Notes under the pieces: generated by a model
Seen by the model: the letters and a program-made list of their open reading frames with translations, nothing else
The model's database searches: none
Told to the model about the DNA's origin: nothing
Shown: piece after piece, positions 17,386 to 27,050 of the stretch
How positions within the stretch are numbered: position 1 is the stretch's first letter
Layout: the number at the start of each line of letters is the position of its first letter
From: an uncultured Eggerthellaceae bacterium
GTDB taxonomy: Bacteria > Actinomycetota > Coriobacteriia > Coriobacteriales > Eggerthellaceae
DNA length: 64,000 nt
Direction of reading: 5' to 3'
NCBI GenBank assembly: GCA_934630905.1
Contig: CAKTXN010000003.1
Location: 2,838 to 66,837, forward strand
Translations under genes and position numbers: made by a program

Positions 17386-17946
17386 ATGGCGCAGAAATCG
17401 CAAAAGAAGCCGAAGAAAAAGGGCGATAGCCACGCCGCTAAAGTCCGCGCAGCAAAGGAGCGCGCGGCGAAAAGGAGCGCGCCTCGCGTTATTGTCTACG
17501 GTGTTGAAAAAGAAAGCGAACGTGGTGCCTTGCTGTGGCGTGTTGTTCGCGAGCTCAACTTTGACCTGCGAGAAGTCCGCGCGGAACAGCTTTTTGATCC
17601 TGTGGGCTTGCTTGCGGGTTTAGTGGGGTACCACCCGGCGCTCGCCCCGTTTGACGGCGAAGCTCCCGAAGGCGAATTCTTGCTGTTGTGCAACCTGAAC
17701 AAGCATCAGCTGGACGATTTCCTGATGGCGCTCAAGATTGTGGGTGTTTCGATTCCCCACAAAGCGGTTCTGACCAAGGAAAACAGGAGCTGGAGCTTTA
17801 TCGAGCTCATGGCCCAGGTGGCGCAGGAGCACGAACAGCTGGCTGCTGCGCGTGCCGAGAAAGAGGCAGGGGCGCAGGTGCCGGCTGGAGAGTCCGGTAA
17901 GGCCAACGTCGCCGACAACGACAAAGCCTCTGACGAGCCAAAATAG
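17386..17946 (+). CDS. hypothetical protein, DUF3783-like, with Lys-rich N-tail
   Basis: 186-aa ORF starting 4 nt after the previous stop. The family assignment rests on overall pattern only (FLLLCNL...LDDFLMALK...HKAVLTKENRSW). Confidence 0.5.
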   Translation: MAQKSQKKPKKKGDSHAAKVRAAKERAAKRSAPRVIVYGVEKESERGALLWRVVRELNFDLREVRAEQLFDPVGLLAGLVGYHPALAPFDGEAPEGEFLLLCNLNKHQLDDFLMALKIVGVSIPHKAVLTKENRSWSFIELMAQVAQEHEQLAAARAEKEAGAQVPAGESGKANVADNDKASDEPK

Positions 17947-17964
17947 GAAAGGCAGATCAAAATC

Positions 17965-19136
17965 ATGGAGAACTTTGAATTCGTATCGCCAACACAGTTT
18001 GTATTTGGCAAAGATGCCGAACTTCAGATTGGCACAAAGCTCGCGGCGGCGGGTGCTAAGAAAGCGCTCGTTCACTTCGGCGGCAAAAGCGCGAAGGCCA
18101 GCGGTTTGATTGATCGTGTGTGCGCATCGCTTGATGAGCAAGGGATATCCCATGTTGAACTGGGCGGTGTTCGTCCCAACCCCGAAGTTACGCTTGTGCG
18201 TGAAGGCGTGAAAATCTGCAAAGAGCAGGGCATCGACTGGATTATTGCTGTGGGCGGCGGTTCGGTCATTGACTCTTCCAAGGCAATCGCGAACGGCGCC
18301 TGCATTGATGAAGATGTGTGGACGCTTTTCGAAACAAAGCGCACTGATCACGCGGTTTTGCCGATTGCGGTGGTGCTCACTATTCCGGCGGCGGGCAGCG
18401 AAGCTTCCAAGAACACCGTTATCAGCAACGATGAACTGGGGCGCAAGACGGGGTACGCGAACAATAACCATCGTCCGAAGTTCGCATTCATGAACCCTGA
18501 GCTCACGTTCACGCTGCCCGAATACCAAACGGCTGCGGGCATTACGGACATGTTCGCGCACTTGTTGGAGCGGTTTTTCGATAACGTGGGCGCGGTTCCC
18601 GTGACCGACAATCTGAACTTGGGCCTGATGAAAACCGTGCGCGCCGAAGCTCCGCGCGTTCTGGCAGATCCCGAGAACTACGACGCGCGCGCGAACATCA
18701 TGTGGGCGGGCATGCTGTGCCATCAGGGTCTTGCGGGCATCGGCCGTCACGAGGACTGGGCAACGCACGGCATGGAGCACGAGCTGTCCGCGTTGAACCC
18801 GGCTATCACGCATGGTGCTGGTCTGGCCGTTATGTTTCCGGCATGGATGGAGTACGTCTGCAGCGAAAACCCTGGTCGTTTCGCGTATTATGGCCGCGAA
18901 GTATTCGGTTTGGCTCCCACGGGCGATGCTCTGTCCGATGCGCTTCCGCCGTTGATGAGACACGCGCGCTCTTCTCGTCGCTGGGCATGCCTACTACGTT
19001 GGCCGAGCTTGGCATTGAAGAAGACGACATTGAGAAGATGATCCCTACCCTGCGCGCAAATAAGGGCGAAGTTTTCGGTAGCTTCAAAAAGCTGACCATG
19101 GATGATGCTCGTGCGATATACCGCAGCGCGTTGTAG
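17965..19136 (+). pseudogene. iron-containing alcohol dehydrogenase (BdhA/YqhD-like) with an apparent 1-nt frameshift
   Basis: ORF 17965-19041 carries GGGSVIDSSKAIA and HGMEHELS. The conserved C-terminus (ALFSSLGMPTTLAELGIEEDDIEKM) is in the -1 frame (ORF 18702-19136). The frames switch near 18938-18944. Confidence 0.65.
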
Positions 19137-19217
19137 TTTGCGACATTTGCGCAGGTCGAACGCGCGCTGTGTGTGGATATTAGCGTTCGGAGCACGTTGA
19201 AAAATCAATGACGTATT

Positions 19218-19252
19218 GAAGGGCGTGCCTGGTGCGGGTGCGCCCTTCTTTC
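19218..19252 (+). terminator. rho-independent terminator of the alcohol dehydrogenase gene
   Basis: Stem GAAGGGCG ... CGCCCTTC followed by TTTCG. Confidence 0.7.
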
Positions 19253-19280
19253 GTGCTGCCATCCTTTTTTTAATCATCAC

Positions 19281-19408
19281 ATTGCACCGTTACAGTGCAA
19301 TTTAAGCGAAAAAATGCACCATCACAGTGCAATATACTTTGAAAATTGCACCGCCACGATGCAATTTCTGGTAAAATTTGCACTATCACAGTGCAAATAT
19401 ACTTCTCA
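19281..19408 (+). repeat. 4 x 32-bp tandem units, each containing TTGCAC-N7-GTGCAA
   Basis: TGCAC occurs at 19283, 19315, 19347 and 19379. GTGCAA or ATGCAA occurs at 19295, 19327, 19359 and 19391. The period is exactly 32 bp. The array ends 25 nt before the ATG of the downstream ATPase. Confidence 0.9.
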
Positions 19409-19432
19409 AAAACTGAAAAGGAGTGAGTTAAG

Positions 19433-20599
19433 ATGGAATCGCTTTATGAGTACATGCAGAACCAGCTTAACAACACCGATTTTTCTTTTAAGCGGTATCA
19501 ATACAATCGAATCAATTGGGATAATCGCATGTTGGCCCTGGTTGGCCCACGCGGCGTGGGCAAAACCACGCTCTTCCTACAGCGGATTCGTGATGCCCAT
19601 GCCAATGGTGGGGCATTGTATGTGAGCGCCGATCATTTGTATTTTGCAACGCATACGTTGCTTGAGGTGGCGGACGCGTTTTACAAGCGCGGTGGCGCCT
19701 ATTTCTTCATCGACGAGGTTCATAAGTACCCCGGATGGTCTCGCGAACTCAAAAACATCTATGATGCTTATCCTGACCTGCATGTTTACTTTACCGGTTC
19801 CTCTGTTCTTGATATCGAGAAGGGCGAAGCGGATCTTTCTCGTCGTGCTCCGCGATACCACATGCAGGGGCTTTCGTTTCGCGAGTTCCTTAAAATCCGT
19901 CACGGAATTGACGCGCCGGTGTTCTCGCTCGAACAGATTCTTGACAACAAGGCGGCAATCCCTGGCTTAAAGCATCCTCTTCCTTTGTTTGAAGAGTATC
20001 TTCGCTGCGGATATTATCCTTTTGGGGAAGATGCTGATTTCGATATGGAGCTTCGTCAGGTTATAACGCGAACGCTGGAACAGGATATTCCTGCGTATGC
20101 CCAGATGAACGTGGCAACGGGACGCAAGTTACTGAAACTGATGGTTGTTGTGAGCGAGCTGGTTCCCTTCAAGCCAAACATGAGCAACTTGGCCAAGATG
20201 ATTCAGGTTGGACGTAACAACGTGGAAGAGTATCTTGTCTACATGGAGAAAGCGGGAATGATTTCCCTGCTCAGAACGGGCGCGAGCGGGCTGGGTGCGT
20301 TAGGAAAGGCGGAAAAGGTCTACCTGGATAATCCGAATATCCTTTTCAATTTAAGCAACGAATGCAGCGTTGGTACCGTGCGGGAAACCTTCTTCTTCAA
20401 CCAGATGAGAGTAAATCACCTGGTCACAGCATCGGGGGCTTCGGATTTTATGATAGATGGACGTACATTCGAAATAGGGGGACCTGGTAAGGGGCAATCT
20501 CAAATCAAGGATGTTGACGACGGTTACGTGGTGAAGGACGGAATCGAATACGGTTTCGGGAATGTGATCCCGCTTTGGGCGTTTGGCCTTAATTATTGA
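19433..20599 (+). CDS. AAA+ ATPase (AAA_14/DUF4143, COG1373-type) with C-terminal PD-(D/E)xK-like motifs, paralog A
   Basis: 388-aa ORF with AAAAGGAG upstream. Walker A is LVGPRGVGKTTL and Walker B is FFIDEVHKYPGW. The C-terminus reads RETFFFNQM...SDFMIDGRTFEIGG. It is visibly AT-richer than its flanks. Confidence 0.8.
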   Translation: MESLYEYMQNQLNNTDFSFKRYQYNRINWDNRMLALVGPRGVGKTTLFLQRIRDAHANGGALYVSADHLYFATHTLLEVADAFYKRGGAYFFIDEVHKYPGWSRELKNIYDAYPDLHVYFTGSSVLDIEKGEADLSRRAPRYHMQGLSFREFLKIRHGIDAPVFSLEQILDNKAAIPGLKHPLPLFEEYLRCGYYPFGEDADFDMELRQVITRTLEQDIPAYAQMNVATGRKLLKLMVVVSELVPFKPNMSNLAKMIQVGRNNVEEYLVYMEKAGMISLLRTGASGLGALGKAEKVYLDNPNILFNLSNECSVGTVRETFFFNQMRVNHLVTASGASDFMIDGRTFEIGGPGKGQSQIKDVDDGYVVKDGIEYGFGNVIPLWAFGLNY

Positions 20600-20662
20600 C
20601 GTATGACGATGCTTGCTTGATTCTTCGGAGACAAACTCCAACCTCTTTTGTCTTGGACTTGT

Positions 20663-21652
20663 CTACGAGTCTTCTGCCTCGTAGGTGTGAACGTTGCCGC
20701 GGACGTCAATGAAAATAGCGGAAATGATTTCCGGTTGCGCTTCGCAGAAAGCTAGACCGTTTTCGACGCCCAAGGCAAGTGCTGTGGTGGAGAAGCCTTC
20801 CGCGTCGATTGATTTTTCGCATACGATGGTGGCACCTACGGCATCGGTCACTACAGGAAACCCTGTTTGCGGGTCCAAAATGTGATGCATGAGCACGCCG
20901 TTTTTCTGAAAGCAGCGCTCGTACGTTCCGCTGGTTACCACCGATTCCCCCGTGCATCGCACAACCACATTCTCACTTTGATCGGGGAAGGGGTTCGTGA
21001 TGCCAATGGTCCAGGGCTTGCCCTGCGCATTGTAACCGTGCGCTAAAACATTGCCGCCCAAGTTGATAAGAAAGTTCGCAAAGCCTTCGCGCTGAAGATG
21101 TTTTCCCAGCTCATCGGCAATCCAGCCTTTCGCGATACCGCCCACGTCAAGAGCGGCATCGGAATCGGAAAGCTGCACGTACCAGGTGTCGTTTTCCTGA
21201 AAAACATCCACGGTGCGCCAATCAACATGCTGCACCGCTTGCCGCAACGTTTGCTCTTCGGGAACAATGCCCTGATGAAAATCCCAAAGCCGCGTAAGGC
21301 ACCCTGCGGTTACATCGAACACCCCGCCGCTCTTCTCGCAATACGTTAACGCGCGCGTTACCAGCTGAGCGGTTTCGGCTGCAACGGCAACAGCTTTGCC
21401 TTGTGCGCTATTGATGCGAGAGATATCCGAGGTGGGGATTGTTCGGGAAAACAGGTTTTCGTATCGTTCGCACAGCACGCGCAACTCGTGAAAAGCCTTG
21501 TTGACCTGCGGTGATACGTCTTCTATGGTTGAGGCAACACCTTCGCCACCTTTGATCCCGTTGGTGCGCTCGACCTCTTCACCGCCTTCAAGACACAGCG
21601 AGAACGTAAGCACGGTGTTGAATGCTTCGAATGTATCATCGAACCTGATCAT
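20663..21652 (-). CDS. apbE: FAD:protein FMN transferase
   Basis: 329-aa ORF. Motifs seen: FDVTAG, DVGGIAKGW, and TSGTYERCF. No signal peptide is evident. Confidence 0.85.
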   Translation of the reverse strand: MIRFDDTFEAFNTVLTFSLCLEGGEEVERTNGIKGGEGVASTIEDVSPQVNKAFHELRVLCERYENLFSRTIPTSDISRINSAQGKAVAVAAETAQLVTRALTYCEKSGGVFDVTAGCLTRLWDFHQGIVPEEQTLRQAVQHVDWRTVDVFQENDTWYVQLSDSDAALDVGGIAKGWIADELGKHLQREGFANFLINLGGNVLAHGYNAQGKPWTIGITNPFPDQSENVVVRCTGESVVTSGTYERCFQKNGVLMHHILDPQTGFPVVTDAVGATIVCEKSIDAEGFSTTALALGVENGLAFCEAQPEIISAIFIDVRGNVHTYEAEDS

Positions 21653-21727
21653 TGGCTATTTTCTGTCTGCTCATTTGCGCGCGCGATACGGAAACATGGA
21701 ATCACACGTGCCGCTCTTTGGAGAAGT

Positions 21728-22090
21728 CTAATCCGAAATGAGTGCGTTCGCGATGGCGCTCACAACGCTGATGGTGATACTGCAAAGGAATGCAGTGCCA
21801 AAGTTGGCGAACTCGAGCCCAATGCCGAACAGCCCGCCCGAAAGCGATGCCGCCACGTAGAGCATAATTGTGTTGATGAACAGGTAAAAGATGCCTAGCG
21901 TCAAAAACGAAATAGGGATAGTCAGAATTTTGAAGATGGGTTTGACCACGGTATCGACAAATGCAAGGACCAGCGCAAACGCCGTCAGCGTCCCCCAGCC
22001 GGTTCCGCCGACAAGCACTACGCCGCCAACAAGATTCACCGCAATAGCAACGGCAATGGCGGTAATAATCCAGCGAGCTACGAATTTCAT
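21728..22090 (-). CDS. DUF360/YvlD-type small membrane protein (phage holin family 4-like)
   Basis: The start was trimmed to MKFVARWIITAIAVAIAV, which has GGAGG upstream. It has four hydrophobic segments. Confidence 0.65.
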   Translation of the reverse strand: MKFVARWIITAIAVAIAVNLVGGVVLVGGTGWGTLTAFALVLAFVDTVVKPIFKILTIPISFLTLGIFYLFINTIMLYVAASLSGGLFGIGLEFANFGTAFLCSITISVVSAIANALISD

Positions 22091-22359
22091 AAGGACCTCC
22101 TGCGGGTGCGACCAACAACGCAACGGCGCGTAAAATCAAGCGCGGAATTAAAATAGCATATCGTGCGGTGGTGATATATCGCGCCTTGTACCAAACGCGT
22201 TTCGCCTGCATAATTCTATGCATTGTCTATGGCGCTCTTTTGCGAAAGATTCTGCTAAAGAAAAACTATACAATAAAAAGTCAACGAAAAAATGCCAACG
22301 AAATGCTGTGGGCAAATCGTAAGGAAGAATAACCAAAAGCGAGACATTACGGAGGAAAC

Positions 22360-24669
22360 ATGCCACGCGATGCTGCTTCGAAAAAACCGCATAAGACCAG
22401 CAGGCCGCCGAAAGCCCAGCGCGAAGCCCAGAAGGCCGCGCAGAGAAATGCCAAAAAGGCTGCTCAAACGGAAGTTTCGCGCGATATTGCCGCCAAGCTG
22501 AAGGCTCGGCTTGATGGTCCGCGCGCAAAATCGGAGAAAAACGACGCAAGAGGTTCGCAGACGTCGTACGCGAAGGGCACCGCAAAGAATGGCGCCGCAA
22601 GGCCGACTAAGCCTGAGCAGAGGGGCAAGTCCGCGAGCGCGGGAAGGTTCGCGGGTGCCGGAAAACCTGCCGGTGCAGGGAAATCTTTTGGCGCTGGAAA
22701 ATCGTCCAAGTCCGAATATCGCGGGAAGCCCGCCGGTGCGGGCAAGCCGGCCGGTATGAGAAGGTCGGGCAAGTCGGGTGCTTCGGAGGCGTTAAGGAAG
22801 TCTGCGAAGTTTGACGAGGGAAGGAAATCGTCCTCGTTCGACAAAAAGTACGAAAAGCGAAGCGACAAGAAGTTCGACAAGGCAGATAACTCTCGAGGCG
22901 GCTTCAAGGGTGAAACCAGGGGTGGCTACAAAGCTGTCGCAAAGGGCGGCTTCAAGGGCGATTACAAAAACGACAAGGCTGATGGCCGCAAACGCGAGAG
23001 AGATTTCGACAAGAAGCAAAATCGCAGCTCAAAGTCTTTTGGCCCCGCTTCCAGCAAACCTGTTCGCGCGGATCGCTCCGGACGCTCCGACCGTCCTGCG
23101 CATGCTGAGCGCGCGGATCGCTCTGCGCGCGATGGACGCCCTGCGCGCATTGATCACCCCGTCCGCACGCAGCGCGCAGCACGCCCGGCATCTGCTGCGC
23201 CCGCAAAGCCATCGGTGTTCTCCGCTGCTGTTGCGCGCGCCCGCAAGACAATGAAATCCCCGTGCCCTGTGGACGTCCAATGTGGCGGTTGCGAAGCTAT
23301 CGCACTGCCTTACGAGCAGCAACTTTTGCTGAAAAACGCGCTGGTAGCCGACCTTTTCGAGGGCGTGGGTGGCGATTTCGAGCTGCGTCCGATTTTGGGC
23401 ATGCAGGACCCCTTCCGCTACCGCAACAAAATTATCAGCCCGTTTGCGCCGGGAAAGAAAATCGAGCAGTCGAAAGCTTCCGCTGGCGCCGACAAGGGCG
23501 ATGACCAGAAAAAGAAGCGCCGCCAGCGCGGCCTGACCTGCGAAATTTTGACGGGCATGTACGAACAGGGCACGCACCGCCTTGTTCCTACCACCAGCTG
23601 CCTGATTGAAAACGAAGTGGGCCAGCAGGTTGTTTCCGCCATCAAGGCCATCATGCAGCGCCATGCAATCGAGCCGTACAACGAGGACACGGGCGAGGGC
23701 TTCATGCGCCACGTGGTAGTGCGCGTGGGCCACGAAAGCGGCGAAGTGCTGGTGACCATTGTCACGAACGAAGAGGAATTCCCGGCAGGCAAGTCGTTCG
23801 CAAAGGAGCTTATCGCGCGCGTGCCGCAGGTCACAACGGTGGTGCAAAATGTGAACATGCGCCAGACGAACGTGATTCTGGGCGAGCAGGAAACGGTGCT
23901 CTATGGCCCGGGCTTCATTCTGGATACGCTCTGCGGGTTGAGTTTCCGCATTTCTTCTACGTCTTTTTACCAGGTCAACGCAACGCAGACGGAAGTTTTA
24001 TACAATACTGCCGTTGAGCTTGCGGGGTTGACCGGCGCGCAGACCGTCATTGATGCGTACTGCGGTACGGGCACGATTGGCTTGGTGGCGGCAACGCGCG
24101 GCGCACAGCGCGTCATTGGCGTTGAGAGTAATGCTGCGGCGGTGCGCGACGCATGGGAAAACGCGCGCCACAACGGTGTGGAGAACGCAACGTTCATTGC
24201 GGCAGATGCAACTCAGTTCATGCGCGAGTTCGCCCAGAAAGATACGGACGAGTTCATGGAAGAAGCCAGGATGAATGCCGCAGCCGAGCTGGGGGAAGAG
24301 GTAGAAGACGCAGCTGCGCGCGCCGCTGGATTCGATGGTGCTGCGCCTGAAACTGACCGCAAAGCCGATACGGCTGCCACTGCCGATTCCGACGCCTTCG
24401 CAACTGCCGCCAGCGCCAACGAAAACGCAGGTCAAGAGCTGGTTCTTCTTATGGATCCGCCGCGTGCGGGCTCTACGCCGGAGTTTCTGCAGGCGGCAGC
24501 AGACCTGGCTCCCCAGCGCATTGTGTACGTCTCGTGCAACCCTGAAACGCAGGTGCGTGACATTGAGCTGCTGCAAAAACGCGGCTACGAACTTCAGATT
24601 GTGCAGCCGGTGGACATGTTCCCCCACACGGCTCATGTAGAGACGGTAGCGCTTCTGTCTCGGAAATAA
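22360..24669 (+). CDS. 23S rRNA (uracil-C5)-methyltransferase RlmD/RumA family with a ~295-aa basic low-complexity N-terminal extension
   Basis: The core carries CPVDVQCGGCE, FYQVN, DAYCGTGTIG, MDPPRAG and VSCNP. The N-terminus is Lys/Arg/Gly/Ala-rich with internal repeats. Confidence 0.8.
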   Translation: MPRDAASKKPHKTSRPPKAQREAQKAAQRNAKKAAQTEVSRDIAAKLKARLDGPRAKSEKNDARGSQTSYAKGTAKNGAARPTKPEQRGKSASAGRFAGAGKPAGAGKSFGAGKSSKSEYRGKPAGAGKPAGMRRSGKSGASEALRKSAKFDEGRKSSSFDKKYEKRSDKKFDKADNSRGGFKGETRGGYKAVAKGGFKGDYKNDKADGRKRERDFDKKQNRSSKSFGPASSKPVRADRSGRSDRPAHAERADRSARDGRPARIDHPVRTQRAARPASAAPAKPSVFSAAVARARKTMKSPCPVDVQCGGCEAIALPYEQQLLLKNALVADLFEGVGGDFELRPILGMQDPFRYRNKIISPFAPGKKIEQSKASAGADKGDDQKKKRRQRGLTCEILTGMYEQGTHRLVPTTSCLIENEVGQQVVSAIKAIMQRHAIEPYNEDTGEGFMRHVVVRVGHESGEVLVTIVTNEEEFPAGKSFAKELIARVPQVTTVVQNVNMRQTNVILGEQETVLYGPGFILDTLCGLSFRISSTSFYQVNATQTEVLYNTAVELAGLTGAQTVIDAYCGTGTIGLVAATRGAQRVIGVESNAAAVRDAWENARHNGVENATFIAADATQFMREFAQKDTDEFMEEARMNAAAELGEEVEDAAARAAGFDGAAPETDRKADTAATADSDAFATAASANENAGQELVLLMDPPRAGSTPEFLQAAADLAPQRIVYVSCNPETQVRDIELLQKRGYELQIVQPVDMFPHTAHVETVALLSRK

Positions 24670-24802
24670 ACTTACGACCGCTTTTCCCGCACAAGTGCTG
24701 AACCGAAAAGGGGAAGACGGTCTTTCTTTGCCGAAAGAGAGTTTCAAAAAAAACGCGAAATGGCGCGCGGCTGGGAGCAAAAGCGCAAAAGAAGGTGTTG
24801 AA

Positions 24803-26169
24803 ATGAATGACGTACTGATTGTGGGCGCAGGGCCCGGAGGAATCTTTACCGCTTATGAGCTGCTGGAGAAGCGGCCCGACCTGAGTATTGCTCTTTTCGA
24901 AATGGGTAATGAGCTGGAGAAACGTCATTGCCCCATTGATGGCGATAAGATCAAATCTTGCATTCGCTGCAAACACTGCTCGATCATGAGTGGTTTTGGC
25001 GGCGCGGGCGCCTTCTCCGATGGCAAATACAATATTACGAACGATTTCGGCGGAACGCTGTACGAATACATTGGGAAAAAGCCTGCGCTTGAGCTCATGG
25101 AGTACGTTGACAAGATCAATCTGGCATTCGGCGGCGAAGGCACCAAGTTGTACTCGACCGCCGGTTCCAGCTTGAAAACCAGTTGCATGCAAAACGGGTT
25201 GCACTTGCTGGACGCTTCCGTTCGCCATTTGGGAACCGATATCAACTACATTGTTTTGAAGCACCTGTACGACCACTTGAAGAACAAGGTCGAATTCCAT
25301 TTCAATTGCTTTATCGATCGCGTGGAAAAGCTGGACAACGGGTATCGCATTTATCACGAAGGCACTGCCTACGAAGGGAAAAATGCGTTATTTCCGCAGG
25401 TCGAAGTGGCAGCAAGTGGATGGAGCAGGTGTGTCGCGACCTGAATATCAACACGAACTCCAATCGTGTGGACATTGGCGTGCGCGTGGAGCTGCCGGCG
25501 GGAATCTTCGCCCATCTTACCGATGAGCTGTACGAAAGCAAGATAGTGTACCGCACCTCGAAATACGAAGACCTGGTGCGCACCTTCTGCATGAATCCCA
25601 AAGGCGAAGTGGTCAACGAGAATACGAACGGCATTGTTACCGTCAACGGACACAGCTACGAGGACCCAGCGAAGCAAACCGAGAACACGAACTTTGCGCT
25701 GTTGGTTGCGAAGCATTTTTCCGAACCGTTCAAAGATTCCAATGGCTATGGCGAAAGCATTGCGAAGCTGAGCAACATGTTGGGCGGCGGCGTGATCATC
25801 CAACGTTTTGGCGACCTGATCAGAGGACGCAGAAGCACCGAAGAGCGCATCGCCGAATCCTTCACCATTCCCACGCTGAATGCTGCGGCGGGCGATTTGA
25901 GCCTGGTGTTGCCGAAGCGAATTCTAGATGGCATTATCGAGATGATTTACGCGCTGGATAAAATTGCACCCGGCACCGCAAGCGACGATACGTTGCTCTA
26001 TGGCGTGGAAGTGAAGTTCTACAATATGGAAGTGCAGCTTGACCATAACCTTATGATGTGCCACGAGGGGCTGTACATCATTGGCGACGGAAGCGGCATT
26101 ACGCATTCGCTTTCGCATGCGTCGGCCAGCGGCGTGTATGTGGCGCGCCAAATTGCCGACAAGATATAG
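24803..26169 (+). pseudogene. FAD-dependent oxidoreductase (COG2509-like) with a 1-nt frameshift at an A5 run
   Basis: The N-terminal part reads MNDVLIVGAGPGGIF and runs 24803-25444. The continuation KCVISAGRSGSKWMEQVCRDLNI is in the -1 frame (ORF 25183-26169). The frames switch in AAAAA at 25379-25383. An A6 run would give EGKKCVISAGRSG. Confidence 0.65.
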
Positions 26170-26275
26170 CGGAGTGACGCGGCGGGTTCTTATCGGTAAT
26201 ATGCGATTTTGGGTAGACGCCGAGCTGTTTGCCGCCGCCGATTGACCTTTCTTTTCCGTGTTGCTCCCAAGACTG

Positions 26276-26803
26276 CTACGTCGAGTATCGAGCGCGATAA
26301 CGGCGAGAAATCCAAAGCCCAGCGGCACTTATGGCAAGTCCTAAAACAAGGCCACCCAGAATGTCGCTGGGGAAATGGACGTACAAATACATGCGCGAGA
26401 ACGCAATGAGCACGGCAAGCGGGATTACTACCAGGCCAAACTTTCGATTTGCGGCGGTAAGGACGGTAGCGCCAATAACGGAAGCCATGGTGTGTCCCGA
26501 AGGAAACGAGTAATCGCCCGGTGTTGCAATGAGCATTGCAACACTTTCGTCAAGCCAGCAGGGGCGTGGCCTCATGACAAAATTCTTGAGGAACCCATTT
26601 CCGATAAGCGCCCCAACAGCCAGGCATCCCAAAAGAACAACGCCATATACGCGATACTTCTTGCTGCAAAGCAAAGCAATTGCGGCAACGATCCAGATTG
26701 CGCCGATGTTTCCCAGCGCCGTGATGATGGGCATGACAACATCCAAGAACGTGCAGGTCACGTAATCCTGGATTGCCTGCAAAATCCCCCAATCAAAGCC
26801 CAT
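26276..26803 (-). CDS. PAP2-family phosphatase (undecaprenyl-diphosphatase-like)
   Basis: 175-aa membrane protein. Motifs seen: RPRP, SFPSGHT, and SRMYLYVHFPSD. Confidence 0.85.
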   Translation of the reverse strand: MGFDWGILQAIQDYVTCTFLDVVMPIITALGNIGAIWIVAAIALLCSKKYRVYGVVLLGCLAVGALIGNGFLKNFVMRPRPCWLDESVAMLIATPGDYSFPSGHTMASVIGATVLTAANRKFGLVVIPLAVLIAFSRMYLYVHFPSDILGGLVLGLAISAAGLWISRRYRARYST

Positions 26804-26832
26804 GTCCCACTCCCTTCATCCGCGTATCGTGC

Positions 26833-26937
26833 GATGTTGACAAATTACCCCACCTTTTGTCAACAATTGCCCGCTAAATCCACGGGACGAACGAAGCTGT
26901 TTGTACGCTTGAGGCTGGAGGCGAATTGTTACGCGCG
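26833..26937. repeat. left copy of a ~105-bp direct repeat flanking ATPase B (contains a REP-like palindrome)
   Basis: The 59-bp stretch 26841-26899 is identical to 28557-28615. The flanks are similar as far as TTACGCGCG. The copy contains TTGACAAATTACCCCACCTTTTGTCAACAA (26837-26866). Confidence 0.9.
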
Positions 26938-27050
26938 ATCAAGCTATCGCCACAATGCCCGAGAAGAGCCGCCGTTCTCGTTGCTGTGCTTTGCAGAAAG
27001 CGCTGCTCCTATCATCGCGTTTAATTGCGGTTCTGGCTTCAAAATGATAT

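Noticed and set aside
12998-20641. Identical 15-mer GGAGACAAACTCCAA at 12998-13012 (thiM start region) and 20627-20641 (downstream of ATPase A).
   Set aside because: A single 15-bp coincidence is roughly what is expected by chance in 64 kb on two strands. There is no extended similarity around it.
19137-20662. Flanks of ATPase A, and likewise ATPase C (31910-33560), were searched for direct repeats like those around B and the 8108 locus.
   Set aside because: Only an 8-bp match (TGACGTAT) was found for A, and nothing convincing for C. No claim is made.
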